A DNA stretch of 64,000 nucleotides, from IMG/VR virus record IMGVR_UViG_3300015360_000023, positions 1 to 64,000 of that record; one strand, 5' to 3'. The translations under genes were made by a program, and so were the position numbers. Shown here one piece after another: positions 49,134-59,385 of this stretch. Position 1 is the first letter of the stretch. The number at the start of each line of letters is the position of its first letter. Source of the stretch: a virus (taxonomy: Duplodnaviria; Caudoviricetes). Below the pieces are notes generated by a model that was given only the letters and a program-made list of their open reading frames with translations, was not told the origin of the DNA and made no database searches.

Positions 49134-49466
49134 ATGGGAAAGAGTAAGCTAATCAAGAACAAGTGTGAGATCGAGACGTGCTCGATTACGGACCCTAACC
49201 TACTTCAATTGCATCATATTATAGAAAGAACGGAAGTCAATACTAATAATAACAATTTTAACCTCGCAATCTTGTGTGCCAATTGCCACGGTTTGACGCA
49301 TAGTAGTAGGCTAAAGATTATTGGAGTTTACCCATCTACACAATTACCTAATGGTAGAACTTTGGTGTATGAGTTAGATGGTAAAAGAAATATTGAAGGT
49401 ATTGATAAGCCTTACGTTAAGTTCGAAAATAAATCGTTCAAGTTACATGGAGTGAAGGATGAGTAA
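49134..49466 (+). CDS. Small HNH endonuclease
   Basis: CEIETC...LQLHHII...NLAILCANCHGLTH. GATA-acttgat-ATA motif at 49110-49123. Confidence 0.85.
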   Translation: MGKSKLIKNKCEIETCSITDPNLLQLHHIIERTEVNTNNNNFNLAILCANCHGLTHSSRLKIIGVYPSTQLPNGRTLVYELDGKRNIEGIDKPYVKFENKSFKLHGVKDE

Positions 49467-49779
49467 AATAGATAAGACATTCTTGAGAGATGTCGGTGGT
49501 ACGGTAGAAAAGACAAATCTTGATGATGCGGCTAATCTAAGTAACAAAGTGCTTCAAGAACAAGAGACTCGTCGTAGGCTCTTAGCCCATGCCAGAATTA
49601 TTGGCTGTGAAAGAGATATGCTTTTGCTCTTTGCAAAATACGATAAATTGATGCGTAACTGCACCAACGATAAAGAAAGAGCAGATATTGCCAAACTTGG
49701 AGCTGTAGATACGTACAGACTATTGGGTGGCGGTGGGGAGTTGTACGTTGACGGACAACTTGTTTGTAAAGATAGTTAA
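49459..49779 (+). CDS. Hypothetical protein
   Basis: 106 aa ORF overlapping the upstream stop. Confidence 0.65.
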   Translation: MSKIDKTFLRDVGGTVEKTNLDDAANLSNKVLQEQETRRRLLAHARIIGCERDMLLLFAKYDKLMRNCTNDKERADIAKLGAVDTYRLLGGGGELYVDGQLVCKDS

Positions 49780-49789
49780 GGAATAAACG

Positions 49790-50023
49790 ATGAGTAATGA
49801 AAAATTTGTAGGTGAAGTTGTCTGGTTCGACCCTAAAAGGGGTTTCGGATTTATTACATGGGAAAAAGATGGCGAAAAACAGAAAGATCTGTTTGTTCAC
49901 TTCTCTGATGTAGCTTGTGAAGGTTTTAAAACCTTATACAAGGGACAGAAAGTATCTTTTGGTCTAGGTACTAATGTACGTGGCGATCCAAAGGCAACTG
50001 AAGTAACCATTCTCAAGAACTAA
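49790..50023 (+). CDS. cspA: Cold-shock domain protein
   Basis: [15 protein letters not shown] (RNP1), DLFVHFSDV (RNP2) and [13 protein letters not shown]. Confidence 0.93.
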   Translation: MSNEKFVGEVVWFDPKRGFGFITWEKDGEKQKDLFVHFSDVACEGFKTLYKGQKVSFGLGTNVRGDPKATEVTILKN

Positions 50024-50317
50024 TTACTTCTTGATTACGAATATTTGTATAATTTGGATTACTAGAGATAGTAATCCGGTGATGAATAGTATTTGAATTT
50101 TGAATAGGTCGCGGTTTGTTTCTTCGGCCTGTTTAACAATTTTATCAAGTTTTTCGTCTTGATCTTCTTGGATTTTCTTAATGTCTCTTAAAGAGTCAAT
50201 GATTTCTTCATTTTGCTCAGCGACTTCTGACTGAATTTCAATAGTCTTTTTGTTGACTTCTAGAATTAACTCCAGGTCCTTTTTCTTTACAGTTTCATTG
50301 TTTAGTTTCTCAACCAT
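50024..50317 (-). CDS. Coiled-coil protein with a C-terminal TM helix (holin/XhlA-like)
   Basis: Heptad-rich N-terminus, then LFKIQILFITGLLSLVIQIIQIFVIKK. Holin function is inference. Confidence 0.5.
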   Translation of the reverse strand: MVEKLNNETVKKKDLELILEVNKKTIEIQSEVAEQNEEIIDSLRDIKKIQEDQDEKLDKIVKQAEETNRDLFKIQILFITGLLSLVIQIIQIFVIKK

Positions 50318-50340
50318 CGGACCCTCAGCATATTTTAAAG

Positions 50341-50520
50341 TTATTTCTTTTTCCCTTTCCTACCCTTAATTTTTGATATGACATCATCAAGTTTGTCATT
50401 CAGCTTTTTATAATCTTCTATAGTCTCATTTTCCAAATCATCAATTGGTAATGGTTCTGTAACAGAAATTGTTTCACTTATACTTGCGGCGGCAGCAGCT
50501 ATATTGCGTCTACGTGACAT
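50341..50520 (-). CDS. Small hypothetical protein (59 aa)
   Basis: Hand-translated MSRRRNIAAAAAS...KGRKGKKK*. AGGTG SD. Fills the gap in a minus-strand operon. Confidence 0.55.
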   Translation of the reverse strand: MSRRRNIAAAAASISETISVTEPLPIDDLENETIEDYKKLNDKLDDVISKIKGRKGKKK

Positions 50521-50522
50521 GA

Positions 50523-50936
50523 TTACACCTTTTGGATCATAAGTTTCGTATCTGCATCAGCGGTCTCTGCATTTTCATTTGCAAAGATTTCATCAGATTT
50601 CTTTTGGTCATCTTCTGAGACATTAAGTTCTTCATAATTTTCTTCTTTAATGCTGAGCATAGATCTTTCTCTAGTTGGGATAAATGTTTCGCGGGTAAGT
50701 GGAATATTTGCTATTAAAACCTCTGGAGCGACCTTACGTACGATTATCTTATCTCTTTTCTTGAAGATAGAACCTGATTCAACGGATTTTTTAAGCTGAT
50801 CAACCTTGTATTGATAATGCTTTGTGTCCATTAAGTTAACTGAACTATACGCCTTTATTGTGAGATTCAAGTCAGCTAAACTAACATTCATCTTAGAGAT
50901 GTTGGTTACCCAAAATGTAACTGCTTCTTTTTTCAT
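50523..50936 (-). CDS. Hypothetical protein, distant paralogue of the 38888 N-domain
   Basis: FWVTNISKMNVSL...SVESGSIFKK versus FIVRNIT...SLLKGVIRHK. Confidence 0.6.
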   Translation of the reverse strand: MKKEAVTFWVTNISKMNVSLADLNLTIKAYSSVNLMDTKHYQYKVDQLKKSVESGSIFKKRDKIIVRKVAPEVLIANIPLTRETFIPTRERSMLSIKEENYEELNVSEDDQKKSDEIFANENAETADADTKLMIQKV

Positions 50937-51015
50937 ATTATAATGTTGATTTATTCCTAAAAATTGGCGCTACTACTATTTAAGTATTGTATTGCTAGCG
51001 TATTTTAGGAGAATT

Positions 51016-51483
51016 ATGAGCAAAAGCAACACTTGGGAAACCGATCTATTAAAACTTGTATTTCAGAACATTGATGCCGCTCTAATTGGTGATGCAGTCG
51101 GACTTCGTGGCTCATCAACTGCCGGAGTTCTTTATTTAAGCCTACATACAGCCGATCCTACCGAAGGGGGCGCTCAAAATAGTTCAGAGGCAAACTATAC
51201 AAATTACACAAGAATTTCACTTGTAAGAAGTGCTGGAGCTTGGACTGTTACCGCTGTAGATGTTGGTCCCTCAACAGTATCTAATGCCGCTCAAGTTACC
51301 TTCCCTCAGGCAGGCCTGGCCTCTCCAACTAATGTTATTTCACACGTAGGAGTTGGTACGGCTCTTACTGGTGGCGCTGGTAAACTTCTATACTCTGGTG
51401 TTTTAGCAACAGGAACTTTAACAGTTAATCAAAATATTACCCCAAGTTTCGGGGCAGGTCAATTAGTAATTACCGAAGATTAA
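51016..51483 (+). CDS. Tail fibre-associated small structural protein
   Basis: LYLSLHTADP...ANYTNYTRIS...SNAAQVTFP, a motif set common before phage fibre genes. AGGAG SD. Confidence 0.65.
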   Translation: MSKSNTWETDLLKLVFQNIDAALIGDAVGLRGSSTAGVLYLSLHTADPTEGGAQNSSEANYTNYTRISLVRSAGAWTVTAVDVGPSTVSNAAQVTFPQAGLASPTNVISHVGVGTALTGGAGKLLYSGVLATGTLTVNQNITPSFGAGQLVITED

Positions 51484-51500
51484 TTTAATGTGGAGATGAT

Positions 51501-54500
51501 ATGGAACAGTTTGCGAATAATGCAGACTCCACATTAAATGGAGCAATCAATAATTCTACAACTTCTATTGTTGTAGCTAATGGTTCTTCGTTTCCTTCAG
51601 TTGGAGATTTTAGATTAATTATTGGCTCTGATCCAGATACTGCCGAATATGTTTTAGCCACCGCTCGCTCTGGAAATACAATTACTGTTGTAAGAGGTCA
51701 AGAAGGATCCTCCCCTCAATCATGGGTTGATGGAACTACAGTTACTCATATCCTTACTAAGGGTGCCGTTGAAGCACTTCGAGATACTCTTAAAGGTAAA
51801 ACACTTCACTCTTCATTAGAAACAATTAGCAATCCTCAAGATGGTTACGCTCTTACTTGGATTAATATCGATGGCTATTGGGCAGCTCGTCCAGGTAGTC
51901 CTTTTACTGTTGTAGGTAATGAGTTATCTACTACTGGCAACATAACTGCTGCAAAATATTCATCAGGAACTATTCCTCTTACAACTGTTGGATATAGTTA
52001 TGTATCAGATGCCAATCAATCATTTACGGTACCTGCTGGTGTAACCAGTCTTAAAGTTAAAATGTGGGGGCCTGGCGGTGGCACCGGAAACTATTCCGCT
52101 TCAGGTGGTGGTGGTGCTGGTGGTTATAGCACAGGCTTCATTTCTGTTACTCCGGGTGAACAGCTAATTCTTGTAATTGGTAGTGGTGGTAAAAAACCAG
52201 TATCTACTAATGGTAATGGTGGTTTAGGTGGTTGGCCAGGAGGTGGATATGGTACTAGAGGAGATGCTTCTGGTGGTGGCGGTGGTGGTTACTCAGGTAT
52301 TTTTACTGGCTCTATAAGTCAAGCTAATGCAATTGTTATTGCTGGTGGTGGTGGTGGTGCTAGCGGATTTGGTAACTATGGAGCCGGTGGCGGCGGTGGT
52401 TTAACTGGGGGATCTGGAGTAGGGCAAGCAGGTAAAGGTGGCTCTCAGGTAGCGGGAGGCTTGAATGGAAATAGTACTTCATCTCCAGCGTATACTGTTG
52501 GAGGTATGTTTACTGGTGGTGTCGCTTTCACGGACAACACAACTTCTGTAGGAGTTGATTGTGGTGGTGGTGGTTCTGGATATTGGGGTGGTGGTGCAGG
52601 TCAAGGAGATGGGGCAGCCGGTGGCGGAGGTTCTGGGTTCCTTCATGCCACTAGAATAACGAGTGGAGCAACAACAGCGGGCGCTAATGCTCCTTCAGGC
52701 GCAACTGCTGCTCAGCCAGCTAATATTACAGACATAAATTATGTTGCTGGAGTTGGCCTTGGTGGCGCTGCAAGCGGCTCTGGAAACAATGGTGGTGATG
52801 GCTACATTGTATTTCAATGGGGCGGACTTACCAGCTTTGACAATGATTCGATAGATTTAGCTAACGGCTCAAGTATTACCATTTTGGAAAATAATCTTAC
52901 TATTTCTCCAGGATCTAATGGAACACTTACTTTAAGTAGTTTTGCGTCTGGTACTGGCGGAATAACCCTAGCATCAGGAGGTGATGTAATTGTATCTTCT
53001 GGAGGTGCTTCAAAATATAAAATCTACTCTTCTGGAGCCGTGGTAATTGGTGATGCCGTTAACAACGATACGTCAGCAGAAGCTCAGGCCGGTCTGGCTG
53101 GAGCATTAATAAATATAAGTGCTGCTACCGGCACGGCCACATCTATTTCTAATCAAGCATTAGTCTATAACATTGCTGGCGTATTAGTTACACAAGGCCA
53201 TTCTGGAGTCACTGCTAGAGTTGGTACTACTGACATTGTCACTATAACGTCCACTGGCGCAACTATTACTGGAGAGACTTGGTCAACACAGCGCCTTCGA
53301 TTGGGCGCGTTAGGAAATACCTCCGCTACAATAACTGGGTCATCAATCACTGGTGCTAACGATACTATATTTGCACATTCAAATGTAGATGTAGTATCAC
53401 GTTTAATAACTTCTCTTAATAGTGGTACTAGCGTTAATAGTACACTAAATACGGGTGCTGGCGGTAGCGCCACAATAGGATTATCAATCGTTGCTGCTGG
53501 AACAACTTACACAGGCATTCCTGCATGGACAGGAAATGCAACGATTGAGCAGGTTGGGGCCACCACATCTTCATTGCTATTTAGTAAAGTATTAGGCAAT
53601 GGAACTTCTCGTGCTGTTACTGGTCGTATCTGGCAATCTGGTGCCTGGACAATTGGTGATGCAGCTAATAATGATACTTCAGCTGAAGCACAAGCCGGTC
53701 TTACTGGTCCACTTATCAATCTTTCTCCAGCCACAGGAACATTTACTAGTACAGCCAACCAAGCTCTTAATTTCAATATTGCGGGAGCACATCATATTCA
53801 AGGTAATACTGAAGTTAGATTTGACATAGCAGCAAATTTGGCTGGCTATTTTGATTCTAATAGAACATTTAGAATAGGTCCAAGCGCCTCCTCCAGTGCA
53901 ACCACATTTGGTGGTTATGTTATGCCTACCTCAGGCGAGAGCATGTATGGTTATAATGCGTCTGGCGATTTTGCCATGAGGTATGTTTCAGGTTCAACAT
54001 CAAATCATGCCTTCATTGATTTGCTTAATACTGCTGGTGGCGCATCAACAATGGTAATGATGCGTATTGCTGCCGGTGGTACTGCCAGTGGTGTGGCTGC
54101 TTGGGCAGGAAATGGTTTTATTGAACAGGGTGGGTCCTCTACATCTTGTATAGCATATACAGCTACTAATAATACTGGTGGCGGTAGAATTGCAACTGGA
54201 AGAATGTATCAGTCAGGCGCATGGTGTATTGGTGATGCCACTATCAATGATACTTCAGCAGAAGCCCAAGCCGGGTTAACTGGCCCGCTTCTAAACATTA
54301 CTCAAATCACTGGCGGTTCATTAACTTCAATTGCTAACCAATCCCTACATTATAATAGTGCTGGTGTAAATACTTTACAGGGTCATGTTGGTCATGCGTT
54401 AATTGCAAATACTACTACAGTAGCCTCTACATCTACTACTAAATTTATTACTAACGTTGGTAGGAGAGTTAATACTGTAGTAACTACCACAAGCTTAGGC

Positions 54501-54746
54501 GTTTCTGCTGGAACAGAAGTTATTATCGTTGGCGCCATTGCCTCTAGCGTTACAATTACCTTGCCATCAGGTCCAACAGCTGGAGATATTTACACTGTCA
54601 AAGATCAGCTTGGAAACGCTGCAACCAAAAACATAATTATTAGCGGGAATGGCAATAATATAGATGACAATTCATCATATACGATGAATGCTAATTATCA
54701 AAGTATTACTGTCATATTTGCTAATGGTTCTTGGAGTGTAATCTAA
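51501..54746 (+). CDS. Long tail fibre / receptor-binding protein with a glycine-rich domain and three internal repeats
   Basis: N-terminal STLNGAINNSTTSIVV...TVVRGQEG. FTVPAGVTSLKVKMWGPGGG Gly-rich domain. IGDAxxNDTSAEAQAGL three times. C-terminal ITLPSGPTAGDIYTVKD domain. Confidence 0.8.
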   Translation: MEQFANNADSTLNGAINNSTTSIVVANGSSFPSVGDFRLIIGSDPDTAEYVLATARSGNTITVVRGQEGSSPQSWVDGTTVTHILTKGAVEALRDTLKGKTLHSSLETISNPQDGYALTWINIDGYWAARPGSPFTVVGNELSTTGNITAAKYSSGTIPLTTVGYSYVSDANQSFTVPAGVTSLKVKMWGPGGGTGNYSASGGGGAGGYSTGFISVTPGEQLILVIGSGGKKPVSTNGNGGLGGWPGGGYGTRGDASGGGGGGYSGIFTGSISQANAIVIAGGGGGASGFGNYGAGGGGGLTGGSGVGQAGKGGSQVAGGLNGNSTSSPAYTVGGMFTGGVAFTDNTTSVGVDCGGGGSGYWGGGAGQGDGAAGGGGSGFLHATRITSGATTAGANAPSGATAAQPANITDINYVAGVGLGGAASGSGNNGGDGYIVFQWGGLTSFDNDSIDLANGSSITILENNLTISPGSNGTLTLSSFASGTGGITLASGGDVIVSSGGASKYKIYSSGAVVIGDAVNNDTSAEAQAGLAGALINISAATGTATSISNQALVYNIAGVLVTQGHSGVTARVGTTDIVTITSTGATITGETWSTQRLRLGALGNTSATITGSSITGANDTIFAHSNVDVVSRLITSLNSGTSVNSTLNTGAGGSATIGLSIVAAGTTYTGIPAWTGNATIEQVGATTSSLLFSKVLGNGTSRAVTGRIWQSGAWTIGDAANNDTSAEAQAGLTGPLINLSPATGTFTSTANQALNFNIAGAHHIQGNTEVRFDIAANLAGYFDSNRTFRIGPSASSSATTFGGYVMPTSGESMYGYNASGDFAMRYVSGSTSNHAFIDLLNTAGGASTMVMMRIAAGGTASGVAAWAGNGFIEQGGSSTSCIAYTATNNTGGGRIATGRMYQSGAWCIGDATINDTSAEAQAGLTGPLLNITQITGGSLTSIANQSLHYNSAGVNTLQGHVGHALIANTTTVASTSTTKFITNVGRRVNTVVTTTSLGVSAGTEVIIVGAIASSVTITLPSGPTAGDIYTVKDQLGNAATKNIIISGNGNNIDDNSSYTMNANYQSITVIFANGSWSVI

Positions 54747-56266
54747 TGTCTTATCAATCTTTTCCTAAAGCTACAAGTTCAATAAATGACGGATACGTAT
54801 TAACATACGTAGCTTCTGATGGATATTGGTCACCTAGACCAATTGGACAAACTTGGCAAACAGTTTATGATGTTAATTTTGCTACTCTTCCTACTCAGTC
54901 ATTTAGCGGTAACGGTAATGTAACTGTTGATGGCAAACAGTGGACTGTGGAAAATTTTGGAGCAGCAACCTCGTTTGGTATAGTGAATGGAACAGGTTTG
55001 CAGTTTGTATGTAACACCTCCAATACTGATTATAATAACTCAACAAGAAATGGTTTAATACTTAGTACAAAAGTTAGTAATCTATATCCTCAATTTGGAT
55101 TAACAAACCATAAAGTAAGAATTACTAGTTATGTTACCAATAATGCTGATCAGAATTATGAATTTCTTGTTTTTGGATTTGAAGATAGTGATTCTCCAAC
55201 ATCTCTAAATTATACTTTACTTAAAGGATATCAAAATGGAGCTATGTTGGCCCAAAAGGGAACTTTAAGTGGTAGCTCTAATCCTAATTTAGATACAACT
55301 AATACTAACGATGATGTATTACAAGTTACTGCAAATTTACCAACTCATTTTGAAATGAATACTGGTTTATATTCTGGAAACTTTCCAACACAAGATAATC
55401 TAAGACAACGTAGAGTATATATGCGTTCAGGTGAATTTACACCAAGCATTTCCAATTCTCAGGATTTGAATGTTGTATTTTCTGCTATTACTAATAATGC
55501 TAATGGTAATTTTGTGGCCAATGTTATTAGATTTAAAGTAGAAGTATTAGCTCCTGGAGGCTCCGCCCCAGTATCTACTGTAAATAATGCAGTGGACTCT
55601 AATGCACAATTTACATCTGTCTTAGATAATGTTGTAGCAAATGGATCATATCCTAGCACAGTAGCTACTAACTGGAGTGGATCATATACTGCTGATGGTT
55701 ATAGTAAAGTAATCATTATAGGCACCGCCGCTGGTGGTATGGGCACAAGCGGTGCGCAAATGCATTTAAATCTTAAAATTGATGGAGCTACAGTTAAAAC
55801 TGTAAGTAGATATTCTAATAACAATGGTATTCACGCAGTATTTCCTACTTTATTTCATAGTACGATATTATCTTCTGGAAATCATACTATCGCTTTAACA
55901 CAGACAGGAACTTCTGGATTTAATGATTTTAATGATTTTGCTAGTATATGGGTTTATAAAGTTGCCAATGTAACAAATTTGGGATGGGAATCAACCCAAA
56001 CCGCTAATTTTACTGCAAGCACCTTTAATACATATATTCCGGTTGATACTGCAAGCAATGCAGTTACCATTACGTTACCACTGTCTCCAGATAATGGCGA
56101 GCGCCACATTATTGCTGATGTTGGTGGGTTAGCAGCTACCAATAATATTACAGTAAATGGTAATGGTCGTAATATAATTGGTTCTTCCACTTATGTTATT
56201 ACTGGCTCTTATAATACATTAGAAGTTGCATATCATGCTGAAAAGAATATTTGGGTGATTATATGA
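54746..56266 (+). CDS. Tail fibre/RBP-like protein
   Basis: TAATG coupling. Shares the DGYxLTy...DGYWxxRP linker and the C-terminal ITLP.SP.NG..IIAD domain with 51501. Confidence 0.7.
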   Translation: MSYQSFPKATSSINDGYVLTYVASDGYWSPRPIGQTWQTVYDVNFATLPTQSFSGNGNVTVDGKQWTVENFGAATSFGIVNGTGLQFVCNTSNTDYNNSTRNGLILSTKVSNLYPQFGLTNHKVRITSYVTNNADQNYEFLVFGFEDSDSPTSLNYTLLKGYQNGAMLAQKGTLSGSSNPNLDTTNTNDDVLQVTANLPTHFEMNTGLYSGNFPTQDNLRQRRVYMRSGEFTPSISNSQDLNVVFSAITNNANGNFVANVIRFKVEVLAPGGSAPVSTVNNAVDSNAQFTSVLDNVVANGSYPSTVATNWSGSYTADGYSKVIIIGTAAGGMGTSGAQMHLNLKIDGATVKTVSRYSNNNGIHAVFPTLFHSTILSSGNHTIALTQTGTSGFNDFNDFASIWVYKVANVTNLGWESTQTANFTASTFNTYIPVDTASNAVTITLPLSPDNGERHIIADVGGLAATNNITVNGNGRNIIGSSTYVITGSYNTLEVAYHAEKNIWVII

Positions 56267-57021
56267 GTTATCTTACAGACACAATACGAAGAGGTACTTT
56301 CGCTAATCGTCCCTCTTCTGCTCCTGATGGTACACTATATGTGTGTACGGATGGACCAGTACAATTCGTGAGAAAAGGTGGAGCTTGGCATCCTTATCAT
56401 GGCTCTATGGCGCTAGTTCAACCAGTTGCCGCTTCTAATTTTACAATTAATCAAACTAGTAATAATGGTACACTAACAGATGATGCAGGCGGCCTATTTT
56501 TTACAGCTTTAAGTAGAAATATTGGTGAAGATGTTATCTTTGCAACCCAAACTAATCCCGGTGGAACTGGAGCAGCCTATACATTAACAGTTGGTTTTAT
56601 TCCAAATCCTGGAAGTAGAAATGGAACTGCTGGGTGGTTTAATTATCATTTTACTGGAATAGGTCTATTTAATTCAAGCACTAATCAAATTAAAGCTCTA
56701 ACAGTTTATACTACAGGCACCGGAGAGTTTCGTTTACAACTTATCAGTAAAACTGGACTTTTGGGCAGTGGTTCGGCCTCTATTGACTATGGGGCATATT
56801 CTTTTGCATCTGCATCTATGGTATGGTTTAGAGTTCAAGATGATGGAGTTACTAATAGAACTTGGTCAGTTTCAAATGATGGTAAACATTTTAAAGCACT
56901 TGCAATTGAAGCAAGAACTACGGGATTTTCTAGTCAGCCTGATAGAATTGGAATGTATATGAATGCCTGGAATGCAGACGCAACAATGACTATTCTAAGC
57001 CATCAATTAATTAGTCCATGA
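56263..57021 (+). CDS. Beta-sandwich/lectin-like virion protein
   Basis: ATGA overlap. GTFANRPSSAPDGTLYVCTD N-terminus and VWFRVQDDG...WSVSNDG beta-sandwich-like region. Confidence 0.6.
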   Translation: MSYLTDTIRRGTFANRPSSAPDGTLYVCTDGPVQFVRKGGAWHPYHGSMALVQPVAASNFTINQTSNNGTLTDDAGGLFFTALSRNIGEDVIFATQTNPGGTGAAYTLTVGFIPNPGSRNGTAGWFNYHFTGIGLFNSSTNQIKALTVYTTGTGEFRLQLISKTGLLGSGSASIDYGAYSFASASMVWFRVQDDGVTNRTWSVSNDGKHFKALAIEARTTGFSSQPDRIGMYMNAWNADATMTILSHQLISP

Positions 57022-57031
57022 GGTAATGTAA

Positions 57032-58108
57032 ATGTCATTTGTTGGGCAATTAGGATTACGAGAAAGTCAACCAGGCAATCTCCAGCTTGGAATTATTTCA
57101 TCTGTGTCTTTGATTAGCGCACAGATTGATGGGACTTCGACTATCGCTGCCTCTTTGGCTGCATCTGGTGCCTTAACTGCTCAAGTGGATAATATTGCAG
57201 CTATTGATGCATCGCTCACAGGAAGTGCTGCTGGGAGCGCTACCATCGATAATGCGGCTGCTATCTCAGCTACTATTACCGGAATTTATCTAGTAGAGTC
57301 AACTATAAATGGATTTTCTAATACTTCGTTTTCTCTTTTAGCTGCTGGAGATATGATAGTAACTGAAAATAATACTGCAAATGTTTCTGCAAATCTTGTA
57401 GCAAATGGAAGTTTATCATCCACTATTCTTAATGTCGCAACTGTTTCCGCTAATCTCACAGCAGATGGTATTATTGCAAGCTCTATTCTAAATACATCGA
57501 CAGTTAGCGCGGTTGTTCATGCCTTTGGTAATATTTCTAGTCAATCTAATAATCAAGGAACTATAACCGGATCTATTATTGGAACATATCCAATGTCTGC
57601 CGTAATTACTGGCACTTCTAATGTAGATGTTAGTCTTTCTGGTATAGTTAGTGCATTAGCCATTATAAATGGTACTTCTGCCGTTACTGGTAGCTTGGCT
57701 GGAATTGCTCCAATCAGTGCCACTGTCGATGGAACATCTGAATTTTTAATAGGCTATTCTTTTATAAAAGCAGAAATAGCGGGAACTTCCACTATATTTG
57801 CTAGATTATTTAATTATCTTCAAGATAAAGCTATTATAGATCCGATTGATCTAGAAGATACCAATATCTTTGTTCATTCTCCGCCAATATCTCAATACAT
57901 TAAAAAAATTATTATTGTAGATCCTACTGTTCCTCCAGTTGTGCCAGTAAATAATTCTATAATGGCTTCTGGCAATAAACTAAATGGTCCATTCTCTTCC
58001 GTCCTTCTGAAACATATTGTTCCTCCACCACCTCCGGAACCACCAGAGCCACCACCATTACCTCCTGAAGATATTCCAATAGTTAGTTCGGGTATAAAAG
58101 TGCATTAA
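57032..58108 (+). CDS. Repetitive A/S/G/T/I-rich beta-solenoid-like structural protein
   Basis: Repeated A.I.G/N...+.A.L units and a Pro-rich tail. Confidence 0.6.
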   Translation: MSFVGQLGLRESQPGNLQLGIISSVSLISAQIDGTSTIAASLAASGALTAQVDNIAAIDASLTGSAAGSATIDNAAAISATITGIYLVESTINGFSNTSFSLLAAGDMIVTENNTANVSANLVANGSLSSTILNVATVSANLTADGIIASSILNTSTVSAVVHAFGNISSQSNNQGTITGSIIGTYPMSAVITGTSNVDVSLSGIVSALAIINGTSAVTGSLAGIAPISATVDGTSEFLIGYSFIKAEIAGTSTIFARLFNYLQDKAIIDPIDLEDTNIFVHSPPISQYIKKIIIVDPTVPPVVPVNNSIMASGNKLNGPFSSVLLKHIVPPPPPEPPEPPPLPPEDIPIVSSGIKVH

Positions 58109-58129
58109 ACAGCATAGTAAAAGGATAAC

Positions 58130-58483
58130 ATGAGCGCTACAGAACTTTATTATTTCCCAGGACAAAAAGCCACAGTTTTTTTGGAAACTTTGAATGCTAG
58201 CGGTGTGCGTGCAGACGGTTACACCGCTCCTGATGGTTATCCAAGCATCACTAGAGTAATTTTCCCTGATCTTTCTTTAGCTTCCGCTTTTCCACAGAAT
58301 ATGGTTAAGCTAGATGTTGGTCTTTATTTCTTTCAATTTACTTTGCCAACTGGAGCTGCATCTGTCGGCAGTTACTTGGTAGATGGATATTATAATCTGC
58401 CAGGTACTGGTAATTATAGCAGGAAGTTATGGCAGATCATAGTAACAGCGCCGTTTGGTAACTTCGGCACAACCTCAGGATAA
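58130..58483 (+). CDS. Small Ig-like structural protein
   Basis: GQKATVFLETL...VGLYFFQFTLP...GSYLV pattern, similar to the N-domain of the next gene. Confidence 0.55.
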   Translation: MSATELYYFPGQKATVFLETLNASGVRADGYTAPDGYPSITRVIFPDLSLASAFPQNMVKLDVGLYFFQFTLPTGAASVGSYLVDGYYNLPGTGNYSRKLWQIIVTAPFGNFGTTSG

Positions 58484-58485
58484 CA

Positions 58486-59385
58486 ATGGTAATCAAAGCT
58501 CGCGGAGAATTGATTGACGTCACAGATCAAGTCAATTTAACTGTACAATTTAGAAACACTGCTGGGACGCCCGTTGATACGGACTCTTTCCCAACAATTT
58601 CTATTGTTCAACCAAGTGGCTTGGTAGCTATGTCTCCTACCTCTGCGGGAGTGGCTCGCATTGGCGTTGGCAAATATTCTTTTATCTACACTGTTCCTAT
58701 CAATGGCCCCTATGGCGTCTTCAATGACATCTGGGTTGGATTCGTTAATGGATTCAGAGTCCAAACTCAGTTTGATTTCGTAGTTCTTCATACTCAAGTC
58801 CCAGCCATCAACATCGATGGTTACGCTCATCTTGGAGATGATCCGGGCTTTCAATATTCACAAGCTGCTATCAAGAACATCAACAAACTTCTTAAGTCTC
58901 TTAAAGCTAGATTAAATAGTTCAGGTAAAGCTAAAGCTACTGATAAATACGGTAACGTAGTTTATGTTGACTGTGATATCTTCTCGATAGACATGTTAGT
59001 TACCTTCTTGGCTACTGCTCTTTGGGATTTCAATCAAGTTCCATTCTTTACCTTCTTCCAATTTGACGATGATAACTTCGTTGAACAATTTGGAGAGATC
59101 CTAGTAGAAGGGGCTACTCTTTATTCTTTGGCTTCAAAGTCTTTGATTGAAAGAGGTCGCGAGTTTCAAGTAACTGATAACGGATTGAATTTCAATCCTC
59201 CTACGGTCAGCGACTTGATGAATACGCAATACAGCGCCTTGCTTTCTCATTACTGGGAAAAGCTAAAGATGATTAAGGCAAGTCTTAGACCCGCCCCCAG
59301 AGGACTAGGCGTATTCTCAATGAACTCTGGTATCAATCCAGCCGTTGCTAGATTACGTCATTTACGTGCTCGCAGAGTTATTTAA
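58486..59385 (+). CDS. Head-tail adaptor (neck) protein with an N-terminal Ig-like domain
   Basis: N-terminal VGKYSFIYTVP beta domain. C-terminal helical ...LIERGREFQVTDNGLNFNPP... adaptor-like region. Inference from pattern and context. Confidence 0.55.
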   Translation: MVIKARGELIDVTDQVNLTVQFRNTAGTPVDTDSFPTISIVQPSGLVAMSPTSAGVARIGVGKYSFIYTVPINGPYGVFNDIWVGFVNGFRVQTQFDFVVLHTQVPAINIDGYAHLGDDPGFQYSQAAIKNINKLLKSLKARLNSSGKAKATDKYGNVVYVDCDIFSIDMLVTFLATALWDFNQVPFFTFFQFDDDNFVEQFGEILVEGATLYSLASKSLIERGREFQVTDNGLNFNPPTVSDLMNTQYSALLSHYWEKLKMIKASLRPAPRGLGVFSMNSGINPAVARLRHLRARRVI

